Below are positions 45,791-56,236 of a stretch of 64,000 nucleotides of DNA, piece by piece (the stretch's first letter is position 1; every line of letters starts with the position of its first letter). This DNA comes from Candidatus Omnitrophota bacterium (lineage in GTDB: Bacteria > Omnitrophota > Gorgyraeia > Zapsychrales > Fredricksoniimonadaceae): contig CAJARJ010000014.1 of the NCBI GenBank assembly GCA_903944345.1, forward strand, positions 990-64,989, in the 5' to 3' direction. Under the pieces are notes generated by a model that was not told where the DNA came from, made no database searches, and saw only the letters and a list, made by a program, of their open reading frames with translations. The translations under genes and the position numbers were made by a program.

Positions 45791-48076
45791 TTGTTCTTTT
45801 ATGATATATTTTCTTTCATGAAATGCCTGTCCGACATGGCCTCAAACCTTATTTGCGCCCTATCCCGCTGTAAACAAACGCCAACCATACGCTTGCTACT
45901 CCCTTTTCTTATCTGGCTGTACCTGTTCAAAGATTTCGTCAACGGAACAATTCCGGTATCCGTAGACAGCATGTTTGAATATTTTTCCGTCAAATTCTTC
46001 CTGAACAACCTCCTTAACGGAGTTTTTCCTTTATGGGATCCTTTCGTTTTTCAGGGCCGTCCTTTTATTTCGCTTATATCTGACAGCCTTTTTAATCCTT
46101 TAATCATTCTTCCCGCCATCCTGGTGTCTTGCGGAATCAATTACTACCACGCTTTTCTGGTCTTTATTGTCGTCTACTTCTTTATTGGTATGCTAGGGTT
46201 CTATCTCCTGTCCAGACAACTGCTGAAAAACGAACTTTTTGCTTTTATTGCTTACACCCTTCTGCTTTTTTCGGGATTAGGGGCGATGGTCTTTAATCAG
46301 TTTCTGGCCATTCTTTTATTCTGCCCTACTGTATGGTTCTTTTTCTTTCTGCTGCGCTTTGGCGAATCACCAAAAAAAAAATACGTTCTCGGACTGACGT
46401 TTGCGCTCATAACAATGGCGGGGTCTTACTACCCTTTCTATTTTATGACTCTGCTACTGATTCTGGTTGGCTACCTTACCCTTTTCAGTCACCAGACTTT
46501 ATTTCTTCTCTTGCGCCAAAGCGTTACCTTTATCAGCAATCATCGTCGCACCAGCCTGATCTGTCTTGTCGCCCTGATATTGGGATTACAGCCGCTCGTT
46601 TTCTACTGGCTCCGGGATCGGGCTCCCGAAATTGTATCTCCGGCCAGACACCAGATTTCCTGTATCCAGTCCGTTGACAAGTGTTTTCAGGGATCAAAGC
46701 TGGATCTTATTGATGCCACTATCCCTGCCAGTCTGGCTGAACGATTTAACATTAACCGTCCTTTTTCCAACCTCGCCGAACAGGACTTTTATTCCGATGA
46801 CATGTTTTATCTGCCCTTCCTGACGTATTTACTGATTGCTTTATCTATATTTACCCCTATTAGCCGCCACGGACTCATTCTGCTCTTTTCGTGTACAACT
46901 CTTTTTCTGATCTCGCTGGGCTATGCCACACCTGTGCATCCTTTTCTGTTTAAACACATCCCGTTTTTTGCCTACTTCCGCAACCTGTTTATTTTCAGCG
47001 CCTTCCTGCTTCCAATGCTGGTTCTTTTCTCTGTCTTTCAGCTAAAAACATGGTACGAGCAAAACCATCTGTCACTTTCCCGGTTCAAAAAATTACTCCT
47101 TTTTTCAATACCAGTTCTCCTGTTTTTCAAACTCCGATCTGATGGCAACATTCTGCCTTCAACCTATATAACGCTCTGGACTGGTACCCTGCTGTTTATT
47201 CCGGCAATTTCCGCAAAAGCCAACAGCAAAAAACTGTTTCTAACCGGCATCATGACCCTGCTATTGCTGGAACCTGTCGCGGTCTTTTCCCATTACAGAG
47301 ACAACCTCCCGGCAAAAAACCTGTGTCGCTACCCTGACGACCACGCAATCCCCGTTTTTTCTTTCACCAGGCCGCTCCGCTATGACGGACAGAGCTGTCG
47401 ATCATCGGAAAGATACCCTGAACTGGTGCCCAGCATGAGCCTGAAAGATTCCAACGGTCACCTGAACATCCTGCCAGACACAGTGTCCTACTGGCAATAC
47501 CTCCTTTACCTGACTGTAGGCGAATCCACCCTGAATCAGTACATTCAAAACAAGCTGATCCTTTACCGGCACACCCAAAATATCGAATCTTTACCGCAAG
47601 ACCAACGGACAGAGATTGTTGCTCGCCGGCTGCAATACACTCTCGAACCAGCACTGATCTGTGACCTGCCTCAAGAATCTTCAACACACCAGGAAGAAGC
47701 CACCGAAAGCCCTGCAGAAATCATCAAAGAAGCAAACCCTCAAATCAAAATCCTGCATTTTGACGTCAATTCATTACTATTATCTATCCATCTGAACGAA
47801 GAAAAATTCCTGGTCTACACCGGAGCATTCCACAGTGCCTGGAAAGTCCTTCTGGACGGGAAGCCTGCTCCTCTTTACCGCACCAATATTGCTTTTATAG
47901 GCCTCCGGATTCCTGCGGGAACCAGTATCATTGAACTAAGATTCGCGCCACTGGGGGGCATATGGATATACTGGATACCGGGCATTTTTTCCTGGTTTAT
48001 CTTTTTATGGCTGGCATTATGCTGTCTTAAACCGGATTCGTGCGACAAACGCGCCACCAAGGACAACCACCTTTAG
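45791..48076 (+). CDS. Large polytopic membrane protein, YfhO-like / GT-C-like (tentative), in a low-GC island
   Basis: 761 aa with about 12 TM helices in the first 470 aa, then a soluble C-terminal domain. FPLWDPFVFQGRP resembles the YfhO N-terminal motif. Local GC is about 42%, against about 52% in the flanks. Confidence 0.5.
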   Translation: MFFYDIFSFMKCLSDMASNLICALSRCKQTPTIRLLLPFLIWLYLFKDFVNGTIPVSVDSMFEYFSVKFFLNNLLNGVFPLWDPFVFQGRPFISLISDSLFNPLIILPAILVSCGINYYHAFLVFIVVYFFIGMLGFYLLSRQLLKNELFAFIAYTLLLFSGLGAMVFNQFLAILLFCPTVWFFFFLLRFGESPKKKYVLGLTFALITMAGSYYPFYFMTLLLILVGYLTLFSHQTLFLLLRQSVTFISNHRRTSLICLVALILGLQPLVFYWLRDRAPEIVSPARHQISCIQSVDKCFQGSKLDLIDATIPASLAERFNINRPFSNLAEQDFYSDDMFYLPFLTYLLIALSIFTPISRHGLILLFSCTTLFLISLGYATPVHPFLFKHIPFFAYFRNLFIFSAFLLPMLVLFSVFQLKTWYEQNHLSLSRFKKLLLFSIPVLLFFKLRSDGNILPSTYITLWTGTLLFIPAISAKANSKKLFLTGIMTLLLLEPVAVFSHYRDNLPAKNLCRYPDDHAIPVFSFTRPLRYDGQSCRSSERYPELVPSMSLKDSNGHLNILPDTVSYWQYLLYLTVGESTLNQYIQNKLILYRHTQNIESLPQDQRTEIVARRLQYTLEPALICDLPQESSTHQEEATESPAEIIKEANPQIKILHFDVNSLLLSIHLNEEKFLVYTGAFHSAWKVLLDGKPAPLYRTNIAFIGLRIPAGTSIIELRFAPLGGIWIYWIPGIFSWFIFLWLALCCLKPDSCDKRATKDNHL

Positions 48077-48103
48077 AAGCCCGTTCTGAAATGGTGAGAG
48101 AAA

Positions 48104-48382
48104 ATGATAAAGAATAAAACAAAAAAAACTGACCTTCAATGCAAAGAAACCTTGATAAACACATCTTTGTTCTGGATCTTTCTTGCAATCAGCGCGATCT
48201 GCCTTTTAACCAACTTCAATCTCGCTTTCCAATACTATCTCAATTATAATTGCGGCAAGCATAAACTATTTCCCGACCAAAAAGATTACAAAATTATCTG
48301 CTCCGAGAACAAGCTCTGGGCTTATCGAACCGGGAACCAGAAAATCATCACCTTCCTCCGCTCTAACCTGGAAAAGAAATAA
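48104..48382 (+). CDS. Small hypothetical protein with one TM helix (low GC)
   Basis: 92-aa ORF, codirectional with the upstream gene and in the same low-GC stretch. Confidence 0.3.
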   Translation: MIKNKTKKTDLQCKETLINTSLFWIFLAISAICLLTNFNLAFQYYLNYNCGKHKLFPDQKDYKIICSENKLWAYRTGNQKIITFLRSNLEKK

Positions 48383-48405
48383 TAAATCAACTTCTTGCTT
48401 GACCT

Positions 48406-48867
48406 ATGACTTTAGCCCTAAACACAGCACAACACCTGATGCAGCTCAAACTTTCCCTGACGACAGCCGAATCCTGCACCGGCGGATTGCTGGCCAACAC
48501 CCTGACCAACATTCCTGGTGCATCCTCGTTCTTCCATACGGGCTTTATTACTTATGCCAACGAATCAAAAACACGTCAACTGGGAGTTTCTCCTGAAGTT
48601 ATCCGGCGTTTCGGAGCCGTCAGCGCCCAGGTCGCGCTGGCCATGGCTAAAGGCGCCCGCAAACAGGCCAAAACAAGCCTGGCCATTGCCCTGACCGGTA
48701 TAGCCGGACCGGGCGGGGCTACTGAAAAAAAACCTGTCGGCCTCGTTTTTATTGCTCTGGTGTCTTCCGAAGAAAATTCGGTTCAACGTTGCCTTTTTAA
48801 AGGCACACGACTGCAGATAAAAAAACAGGCGGTTGATACCGCCTTGACAATGCTAGGCCAAGTCTGA
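48406..48867 (+). CDS. pncC: CinA C-terminal domain protein / NMN amidohydrolase PncC-like
   Basis: LSLTTAESCTGGLLANTLTNIPGASSFF... ...IALTGIAGPGG. Confidence 0.8.
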   Translation: MTLALNTAQHLMQLKLSLTTAESCTGGLLANTLTNIPGASSFFHTGFITYANESKTRQLGVSPEVIRRFGAVSAQVALAMAKGARKQAKTSLAIALTGIAGPGGATEKKPVGLVFIALVSSEENSVQRCLFKGTRLQIKKQAVDTALTMLGQV

Positions 48868-48870
48868 GCC

Positions 48871-49764
48871 CTACCCGCCTGACTCACCAGAGACTTCCCT
48901 GTCCAGATCAGACAGGTTGAACTCTATGCCGGCAGCAGTGACTGCGGAAGCTGTTGCATTCTCTACCGGAAAAATCACCAGGCGGACAAGATAATTACGG
49001 CGAGAACCATAATAGACATGAAAAACAGAATCCGGGGAGAAAACCGGATCTTTAAGCGCTTTTTGCAAACGCGGAAAAAGTCTTTGCAGCAGATATTTCA
49101 CCCGATCCATTCGAATGATCTCGCCAATATCCATCTCATCGACAAGAGTCTCTTCGCCCTGCCATCCCCGGGAAAACTCCGCTCCGCTCTGCAGAACTAC
49201 CCGAACGTGAAGTGAGGCGGTATCTTCCCCTTTGTCCAAAACCTGCTCAATCAGCCTTGCGAAAAGTTCGCTGATCCGCCCCCAGGCTGCAACAATACTT
49301 GTAAACTCGCCTGCCGAAAGATTAAGACCAGCCCCCTCCAAAGGAGGAAACCACACGGTCCAGACGGCGTGCACTTTCTGCCAGATATCTGAAAGAGAAG
49401 AATCCACCTCCACTGCACGGCGCATAATATTGCTCGCCTCAATGCGTGCATCGTAGGGAATATCCCGGATAAATTTGGCTTCAAGAGGCGTGCTGGGATC
49501 CTGCGGATCACGGTGTGTGATATACAGCATCGTGCCATCACTCCTGATCACCATGCCACCGGAACTTCCAGCAGACTGCTGGGGAATCACCAGACCATCC
49601 TCAATCACAACATCCAAGGGATCAAGCCCCCTCTCTGCAGCTGATGGCAACGTCAGAGTAATCGTGTGCCGATCCAAATATTGCGGAAACTTGTCCGGAC
49701 CTTCAAACCCGAATTCATGCAGACGACTGATGGGTATCATATTCTGTCTTCCAAAACCGTACAC
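48871..49764 (-). CDS. Hypothetical protein (297 aa, no recognised domain)
   Basis: Long ORF with its own promoter region and a terminator-flanked 5' side. No motifs recognised. Confidence 0.4.
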   Translation of the reverse strand: MYGFGRQNMIPISRLHEFGFEGPDKFPQYLDRHTITLTLPSAAERGLDPLDVVIEDGLVIPQQSAGSSGGMVIRSDGTMLYITHRDPQDPSTPLEAKFIRDIPYDARIEASNIMRRAVEVDSSLSDIWQKVHAVWTVWFPPLEGAGLNLSAGEFTSIVAAWGRISELFARLIEQVLDKGEDTASLHVRVVLQSGAEFSRGWQGEETLVDEMDIGEIIRMDRVKYLLQRLFPRLQKALKDPVFSPDSVFHVYYGSRRNYLVRLVIFPVENATASAVTAAGIEFNLSDLDREVSGESGG

Positions 49765-49776
49765 TGGCGCGTGTGT

Positions 49777-49805
49777 AAAAAAAGCCCGGAGTTCCTCCGG
49801 GCTTT
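49777..49805 (-). terminator. Rho-independent terminator closing the ftsK...yccA operon (hairpin GCCCGGAG / CTCCGGGC plus U7)
   Basis: Minus strand reads AAAGCCCGGAGGAACTCCGGGCTTTTTTT. Confidence 0.7.
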
Positions 49806-49828
49806 AAAGGGACCAATCTGACCCGTTA

Positions 49829-50608
49829 TTAATCTCGACTTCTCAGCTTCGATAAAAGTTTCAAAATTTCCATATACAGCCAGATAAGCGTGACCATAAG
49901 ACCAAAAGCGCTATACCACTCCATGTACTTGGGAGCACCAGCCTCTTCCCCGCGCTCGATAAAGTCAAAGTCCAGAACCAGATTCAACGCGGCAATCCCC
50001 ACAACAAAAAGACTGAAACCAATTCCTATAATCCCACCTTCATGAATATAAGGAACACGGATATTAAAAAATCCCAAAACAATCGTCACAAGATAAATCA
50101 AGGCTATAGCACCTGTGGCGACCAGCATTCCGGTCCTGAACTTCTCCGTAACCCGGATCAAACCAGCCTTGTAAGCCATCAACAGACAAAACAACGTTCC
50201 AATCGTCAAAGCCACCGCCTGCATGACAATGCCTGGATACATCCGCTCAAAAAAAGCCGAGATACCTCCCAAAACAAAACCTTCACAAAGCGCATAGAGC
50301 GGAGCCGTCACCATGGACCACTCTTTTTTGAAGACCGTAACCAAAGCCAGAATAAACCCCAAAATTCCGCCTCCAATAATAAAAGGCATCCACATCCCGC
50401 TGGAAACCGGTGCAGCAGAAGCCTCATAACCCAGCATAACATCTGAAGCCGGACGCAATATCTGGCTCCAGATCCATGCCGCAGGCAGCAATACCAGCGC
50501 CAACAAAATTAAAGTCTTGTTAACCGCACCCTGAACAGTCATAACCTGACCACCCGCAGCAGAGTGTGAAAAAACATTCTCTCCTAAAACCGGATTTGAT
50601 GAACGCAT
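49829..50608 (-). CDS. Bax-inhibitor-1 / YccA-family membrane protein
   Basis: Seven TM helices with a charged C-terminus (...LSKLRSRD). Confidence 0.8.
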   Translation of the reverse strand: MRSSNPVLGENVFSHSAAGGQVMTVQGAVNKTLILLALVLLPAAWIWSQILRPASDVMLGYEASAAPVSSGMWMPFIIGGGILGFILALVTVFKKEWSMVTAPLYALCEGFVLGGISAFFERMYPGIVMQAVALTIGTLFCLLMAYKAGLIRVTEKFRTGMLVATGAIALIYLVTIVLGFFNIRVPYIHEGGIIGIGFSLFVVGIAALNLVLDFDFIERGEEAGAPKYMEWYSAFGLMVTLIWLYMEILKLLSKLRSRD

Positions 50609-50623
50609 ACAACAACCTCCTGT

Positions 50624-51088
50624 TTAAAAAGTGTAGACTCCGCTAAAGCGGATCGCAACATGCAGAATCAGATTAGTATACAGCCCCGCCACAATATCGT
50701 CCAGCATGATACCTTTGGCTCCCCCTAAAGTCTCCATACTGTCAGCTGGCGGAATCTTGAACATATCAAAAGCACGGAAAAGAAAAAATCCAATAATCAT
50801 AACAGGGCCATACATGGGCAACATAAAAAAAGAAATCATGACGCCGGCAACTTCATCGATCACAATACAACCCGGATCCTTGCGGCCATAAGACTTTTCC
50901 GCAACTCCGGAAGCAACAAAGCCCAGAACGATAACCGCCGCCATAACCAACAAATAAGCCCAAAAGTTCCAGCGCAGAAACCACGCCAAAGCAAGCCCCG
51001 CAGCCGTTGCCAGCGTTCCGGGAGCCACCGGGAACTTCCCGCAATAAAAAAATGTTGCAATCATTCTTGCTATTTGTACGTTAATCAT
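50624..51088 (-). CDS. pgpA: Phosphatidylglycerophosphatase A
   Basis: FFYCGKFPVAPGTLATAAG... ...GCIVIDEVAG. Confidence 0.85.
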   Translation of the reverse strand: MINVQIARMIATFFYCGKFPVAPGTLATAAGLALAWFLRWNFWAYLLVMAAVIVLGFVASGVAEKSYGRKDPGCIVIDEVAGVMISFFMLPMYGPVMIIGFFLFRAFDMFKIPPADSMETLGGAKGIMLDDIVAGLYTNLILHVAIRFSGVYTF

Positions 51089-51659
51089 GGCTGAGCCTTA
51101 CAGAAACCGAATTAAGCCTGCGAAAATACTCTATGCCGGAAACAATAGTCAAGGCAACCACAATAATCATAAGCATATTAAGCACAAAAATCCAGAGAAA
51201 CCCGAAATTCCCTGTTGATCCCGTCGCCCGCTGCGCAAAAAGGCGGATCAAAAGAGCCAGAATGATGGTAACCATCTGAATGACTGTCTTTAACTTCCCC
51301 AACGTTTCTGCAGGAATAACCTGCCCCTTGGTCACCCGGAAAATTCTGGACAATGTAACCATAAGCTCTCTGACCGCCACCAGAACAACCAGCATGAAAG
51401 GAAAGAATCCTTCTGACGCAAGTGCAAAGAAAGCGGATAACGTCATAACCTTGTCCGCCACCGGGTCCATAATCTTGCCAAAAACCGTAATCAGACCATA
51501 ACGGCGGGCCAGATACCCGTCCGCCCAGTCCGTCACAGCAGCCAGCACAAACAGAAACAAGGCAGCGGCGGCAGCAGCCAATCCGGAAGAATAAAACGCC
51601 ATGACAAAAAAAATACTCAAAATCAGACGTAACACGGTCAATTGATTGGGAAGGTTCAT
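51081..51659 (-). CDS. pgsA: CDP-diacylglycerol--glycerol-3-phosphate 3-phosphatidyltransferase
   Basis: CDP-alcohol phosphatidyltransferase motif DWADGYLARRYGLITVFGKIMDPVADK. Confidence 0.85.
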   Translation of the reverse strand: MNLPNQLTVLRLILSIFFVMAFYSSGLAAAAAALFLFVLAAVTDWADGYLARRYGLITVFGKIMDPVADKVMTLSAFFALASEGFFPFMLVVLVAVRELMVTLSRIFRVTKGQVIPAETLGKLKTVIQMVTIILALLIRLFAQRATGSTGNFGFLWIFVLNMLMIIVVALTIVSGIEYFRRLNSVSVRLSHD

Positions 51660-52960
51660 GCCACCTCCCCGTTCAGATCATAATCGGTAGCTCCGGAAAT
51701 CCTGACCTCGACAAATGTGCCTGGCTTCAAAACAGTTTGGGAACGGACATAAACAACACCGTCAACATCCGGGGCATCATACTGGGATCGTCCAACATAA
51801 CAGTCAGGGGAATCCTCCTGACGTCCATCCAGAAGCACCCGCAATGTTCTGCCAATCATTTTTTCCTGGAACTCTCGCGAAATCGCTTGTTGTAATTCCA
51901 TAAGTTGATCCCGTCGCCGGCCGGCTTCTGCTGATGGAATCTGACTTTTAAGGTCGTAAGCCGGCGTATTTTTCTCGCGGGAAAAAGTAAAAACTCCCAC
52001 CCGTTCAAAAGGATAATCCCGGACAAAGCTCAACAATTCTGCAAACTCTTTGCGGGTCTCCCCGGGAAAGCCGGTAATATAGGTCGTCCGTAAAAAAACT
52101 CCGGGAATCTTCCGGCGCAGCTTTTCGATCAAGGCGATAGTTTGAGCTTTATTGATCCCCCGGTTCATTGCCTTCAGGATGCGGTCATTGACGTGCTGCA
52201 GCGGAACATCGATATATTTGCAAATCCGGGGTTCTGCCGCTATCAGGTCAATCAACCGATCAGTAACATGCGCAGGATAGGCATACAAAAGGCGTAACCA
52301 GCCAATACCCTTGGCTTTGGCCAATATACCGGAAAGCAGCACATCCAGACTGTGCGTGCGATAAAGATCCATCCCATAAGCGGTAATATCCTGTCCGACG
52401 ATATTCAGTTCCTGCACGCCGCGTTGCTCAAAGCGGAGCGCATCCTGCTCGATGGTTTCCCTTGTTCGTGAAACAAAGCGCCCCTTAAGAGAAGGAATGG
52501 CGCAAAAACTGCAATGGTTATAACAGCTTTCGCAAATTTTAAGATAAGCGTAATGCGGCGGCGTCAGCAGGGAAAGAGACTGGGACTGTCCGGAACGCAA
52601 GGCCTGCACCCCGACAAAAGCATCCACTTCGGGCAGTTCCTTGACCAACCGGGAGCCATACATCTGGGCCAGGCAGCCGGCGACAATAATTCTTTTGATC
52701 TTGCCCTGCTTCTTCAGATCTGCCAGAGACAAGATCATGTCAACTGATTCCTGCCTGGCCGCTTCAATAAAAGAACAAGTATTAACAATCACCGTCAAGG
52801 CACGATCAGGTGACAAAATATGATGCCCCTTGTGCTCGAGTCGACCGATTATGTTTTGAGAGTCCACCGTATTACGGGCGCAGCCAAGATTGATAACGGC
52901 CACCGAACCAGGACGGCTGTCAGAGAGTGCTTCGGGACTATAGTCTGGACGCAGGCTCAT
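51656..52960 (-). CDS. rimO: Radical-SAM methylthiotransferase, RimO-like (MiaB family) with C-terminal TRAM
   Basis: N-terminal MTTase Cys triad (NLGCARN... NTCSF... AGC), then CYNHCSFC radical-SAM cluster and a TRAM tail. Confidence 0.8.
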   Translation of the reverse strand: MSLRPDYSPEALSDSRPGSVAVINLGCARNTVDSQNIIGRLEHKGHHILSPDRALTVIVNTCSFIEAARQESVDMILSLADLKKQGKIKRIIVAGCLAQMYGSRLVKELPEVDAFVGVQALRSGQSQSLSLLTPPHYAYLKICESCYNHCSFCAIPSLKGRFVSRTRETIEQDALRFEQRGVQELNIVGQDITAYGMDLYRTHSLDVLLSGILAKAKGIGWLRLLYAYPAHVTDRLIDLIAAEPRICKYIDVPLQHVNDRILKAMNRGINKAQTIALIEKLRRKIPGVFLRTTYITGFPGETRKEFAELLSFVRDYPFERVGVFTFSREKNTPAYDLKSQIPSAEAGRRRDQLMELQQAISREFQEKMIGRTLRVLLDGRQEDSPDCYVGRSQYDAPDVDGVVYVRSQTVLKPGTFVEVRISGATDYDLNGEVA

Positions 52961-53898
52961 TTCTCGACAGAAAGCCCCTGGGAGGTCACCCGAATTTTTT
53001 TGCCCTTTACATCCCGGCGGCTGAGTCGACCGACAGTCTTGCCGTTGACCTCGAACTCCAGCAAGTCCATATCATTCCCCGAAATTTCAATGACCTTACG
53101 GGCTGTCCAGGTTTCGGAATTACCTTTTTTAAGGACTCCCTGAAAATTGACATTTCCATCCAGGCGCACCACCAGCCATGAATTGCTTTTGGCTCGAACA
53201 GTAACCACAACACTATCCGTCATTTTGGGTGCAACAGCGACTGGAGCAGCCTTGGCTGGTGGCGGAACTTCAACCTTGACTGCAGACGGGACTTCCACCT
53301 TAACGGGGATCGGCTTGACAACAGGTTTTATTTCCTGCACCACAGGCTTGGTTACCGGCTTTACCGGCAGTCTGGCAGCAGGAACAGCTTTGGCAGAAGT
53401 GACTGTTTTGACCGTTGCCTCCCTGGCTTTAGTCTGCCCGTTGAAGAAACGCTTAATCATTATTCCGACCCCAAAACAGGCGCCAACCAGAAATAAGAAC
53501 ACAAAAATCAGGGCAAGAACCCCTGCAACCTGCCTGGAAAAAAGAATGCCCACAAGCGCGGCGGGAGCAGTTTTAGCCGCAGGCCTTCCTGCGCTTTTTC
53601 TCGCTGATTTAGCCAGAGATCCACTCGCTTTGGGATTAACCACTTCATTGACAACAGTCTTCTCTGAAGGAATCAGGGCAACCAGTTTCTGCGCGTCCAT
53701 CCCGAGATACTGGGCATAAAGACGGACAAAATTCTTGTAATAGAACGAGGAAAGCATGCGCACCTTATACCCTTCCTCGATTGCTTTCAGCGAATCAATA
53801 GGGATTTTGGTGGCTTCATGCACCATTTCCAGCGTTTCCGATTTGCGCTGACGCTCCAGTTTTAACAAACGGCCGACATCATTGATTTCTTCAGGCAT
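52957..53898 (-). CDS. rodZ: RodZ-like cytoskeleton protein (XRE HTH, TM, Pro/Lys-rich linker, C-terminal DUF4115)
   Basis: LGRLLKLERQRKSETLEMVHEATKIPIDSLKAIEEG; TM helix; (KPV/PVK) repeats; C-terminal beta domain. Confidence 0.7.
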   Translation of the reverse strand: MPEEINDVGRLLKLERQRKSETLEMVHEATKIPIDSLKAIEEGYKVRMLSSFYYKNFVRLYAQYLGMDAQKLVALIPSEKTVVNEVVNPKASGSLAKSARKSAGRPAAKTAPAALVGILFSRQVAGVLALIFVFLFLVGACFGVGIMIKRFFNGQTKAREATVKTVTSAKAVPAARLPVKPVTKPVVQEIKPVVKPIPVKVEVPSAVKVEVPPPAKAAPVAVAPKMTDSVVVTVRAKSNSWLVVRLDGNVNFQGVLKKGNSETWTARKVIEISGNDMDLLEFEVNGKTVGRLSRRDVKGKKIRVTSQGLSVEK

Positions 53899-56194
53899 TC
53901 TTCACGGTCCCTTCCGGTTGCGTCCCGTCGACCGGTTGCGCATGCTCTGCCAGCCACTGCTCCCGGTCAATCATAATTGATCGCGACTTACTGCCTGCGT
54001 TAGGGCCAACCAGCCCTGCGCGCTCCATCTGATCAATAATCCGTCCAGCCCTCGAGAAGCCAAGACCAAGCCGGCGCTGCAGCATTGATGCCGAAGCCTG
54101 ACCGGTCTCCATCACCACCCTGACCGCTTCGTCAAAAATTTCATCCTTATCGTCTGCCGAGCCTCCGGCAACCGCGACCGGACGCGCCGTCACGGTATCA
54201 TCATATTTGGGTTTCTCCTGCTGTTTGATGAAATCGACCACCCGGTGAATTTCATCATCCGAAAGATAGCTGCATTGACCGCGGGTAGGCTTGGGATCCC
54301 CGGGGCGTAAAAACAACATGTCGCCGCGCCCTAAAAGATCGTCCGCGCCCTTCTCATCCAGAATGGTACGGGAATCTACCAACGCATTGACGCGAAACGC
54401 TATTCTCGCCGGAAGATTGGCTTTGATAACACCCGTAATCACATTAACCGATGGACGCTGTGTCGCCAGAATAAGATGTATGCCGACTGCGCGGGCCAAC
54501 TGGGCCAACCGGACAACCGCACTTTCAATCACCTTCCCGGATGTCTGCATAAGATCGGCGAACTCGTCGATCACCACCACAATATAGGGCATTTCAAAAC
54601 CCTTGGCATGATAAGCGGCAATATTTCGAACCTGGTTCTTGGCCAGCAACTTGTACCGGGACTCCATTTCGGAAACAACCCAACCAAGCGCCGCAACCAC
54701 TTTTTTATGATCCGTGATAGCCGGACACAACATATGCGGCAGATCGTTATACTGGTTTAATTCCACCATTTTAGGATCAACCATAATGAATTTAACTTCA
54801 TTGGGAGTCGCGTTAAAAAGAATCGACATGATAATCGCGTTAAGACATACCGACTTGCCCGAACCGGTAGACCCTGCCACCAGCAAATGCGGCATTGCTG
54901 CCAGGTCAGCCAGCATCGGTTTTCCGGAAATATCCTTGCCCAAAGCCAGCGTCAATTTGGACTTGCTGCGAATATCCCCGTTTTGTAAAACATCCTTGAG
55001 TACCACCGAAGCAGAGGATCCGTTAGGGACTTCAATCCCCACACGATTCTTTCCCGGGATCGGAGCCTGTATCCGAACCGAATGCGCCTGCATGGCCAGC
55101 GCGATATCATTGGAAAGAGCATTAATGCTCTGCACCCTGACGCCGGGAGCTGGCTCAATTTCATAACGGGTGATCACCGGGCCGCGCTCGATATCGGCCA
55201 CACGAGCAGCGACCCCGAAACTCAGCAGGGTTTGTTCCAGAGTTTTCGCTCCGGAAACAAGCAAACCCTGAACATTTTCCTGTGTGGCTTTCGGAGGATC
55301 CTGCAACAAATCGAAGGAAGGCAAACGATAAGCCCCCGCCACCAGAGGCTTGTCTTCCCGGTCTTTGGGCTGCACTACAACTTTTGGCTGCAATATACGA
55401 ATATTGGGAACTGCCGCAACCGGCTTGACCGGCACAACCGCAGGAGCATCCGTCTTACGATTATTCTTGCCCGCGGGCCCTTCCTGCCGGGAAGGCTTGC
55501 CTTTATCTTTTATCTCCGCCGCATCCTGGGCGTCATCCTCGACTTCATCTTCATCCCAGGCATTGTCCCTGGCTTTCTTTCTTGCAGGAGCGGCCTCCTT
55601 GCGAAACGATAGCATTAACGCCGACAACCATTCCCGGAATTTCTGCTCCCGCAAACCACGAGCCAACTCGATAAAACCCCGAGTCAGACGGACAAGAAGA
55701 GGAGAAACCAGAAAGTCCCCGGCTATCACCAGGCAAAGACAAGTCAGCGTCAAAGAAATAATATAGGCCCCGGCCATCCCGAAATAATTGACCAGAGCAT
55801 CAGCAAACAATAATCCCCCCAGACCCCCTCTCTGAAAACGGTCAGCTGTAACCGCAGAGCCGCTCAGACTAAAAAGACCGCTGATCACCACAAGCAGTAC
55901 AATCAAACTGCTCAATCGCCCAAAAGTAAACAACATCTGTCTTGAGGTAAAAATATTCCAGCTCCAGAAGAAAAGAAAGACCACCAGCAGGTAGGAACTA
56001 TACCCCAGAACAGAAAAAAGAATCCCGGCGCCATAAGCTCCGGCATGACTAATAAAGTTTTTAACCGGAATATTGGGATGCGTAGTAAACCAGACCAGAT
56101 CTTCCGGCACATAGGAAACAAGACTGGCTAGAATAATCAGCGCGAATGAAAGTAGAAGAATCCCTTTAATCTCATTGAGATGTTCAGGTCGCAT
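53891..56194 (-). CDS. ftsK: DNA translocase FtsK/SpoIIIE
   Basis: Four to five N-terminal TM helices, a linker, a motor with Walker A GSTGSGKSV, and a C-terminal gamma winged-helix domain. Confidence 0.9.
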   Translation of the reverse strand: MRPEHLNEIKGILLLSFALIILASLVSYVPEDLVWFTTHPNIPVKNFISHAGAYGAGILFSVLGYSSYLLVVFLFFWSWNIFTSRQMLFTFGRLSSLIVLLVVISGLFSLSGSAVTADRFQRGGLGGLLFADALVNYFGMAGAYIISLTLTCLCLVIAGDFLVSPLLVRLTRGFIELARGLREQKFREWLSALMLSFRKEAAPARKKARDNAWDEDEVEDDAQDAAEIKDKGKPSRQEGPAGKNNRKTDAPAVVPVKPVAAVPNIRILQPKVVVQPKDREDKPLVAGAYRLPSFDLLQDPPKATQENVQGLLVSGAKTLEQTLLSFGVAARVADIERGPVITRYEIEPAPGVRVQSINALSNDIALAMQAHSVRIQAPIPGKNRVGIEVPNGSSASVVLKDVLQNGDIRSKSKLTLALGKDISGKPMLADLAAMPHLLVAGSTGSGKSVCLNAIIMSILFNATPNEVKFIMVDPKMVELNQYNDLPHMLCPAITDHKKVVAALGWVVSEMESRYKLLAKNQVRNIAAYHAKGFEMPYIVVVIDEFADLMQTSGKVIESAVVRLAQLARAVGIHLILATQRPSVNVITGVIKANLPARIAFRVNALVDSRTILDEKGADDLLGRGDMLFLRPGDPKPTRGQCSYLSDDEIHRVVDFIKQQEKPKYDDTVTARPVAVAGGSADDKDEIFDEAVRVVMETGQASASMLQRRLGLGFSRAGRIIDQMERAGLVGPNAGSKSRSIMIDREQWLAEHAQPVDGTQPEGTVKNA

Positions 56195-56236
56195 AACAGA
56201 TGGGGATGCTGTTTTTGGGAAAGGCCTGTCCGGTCT

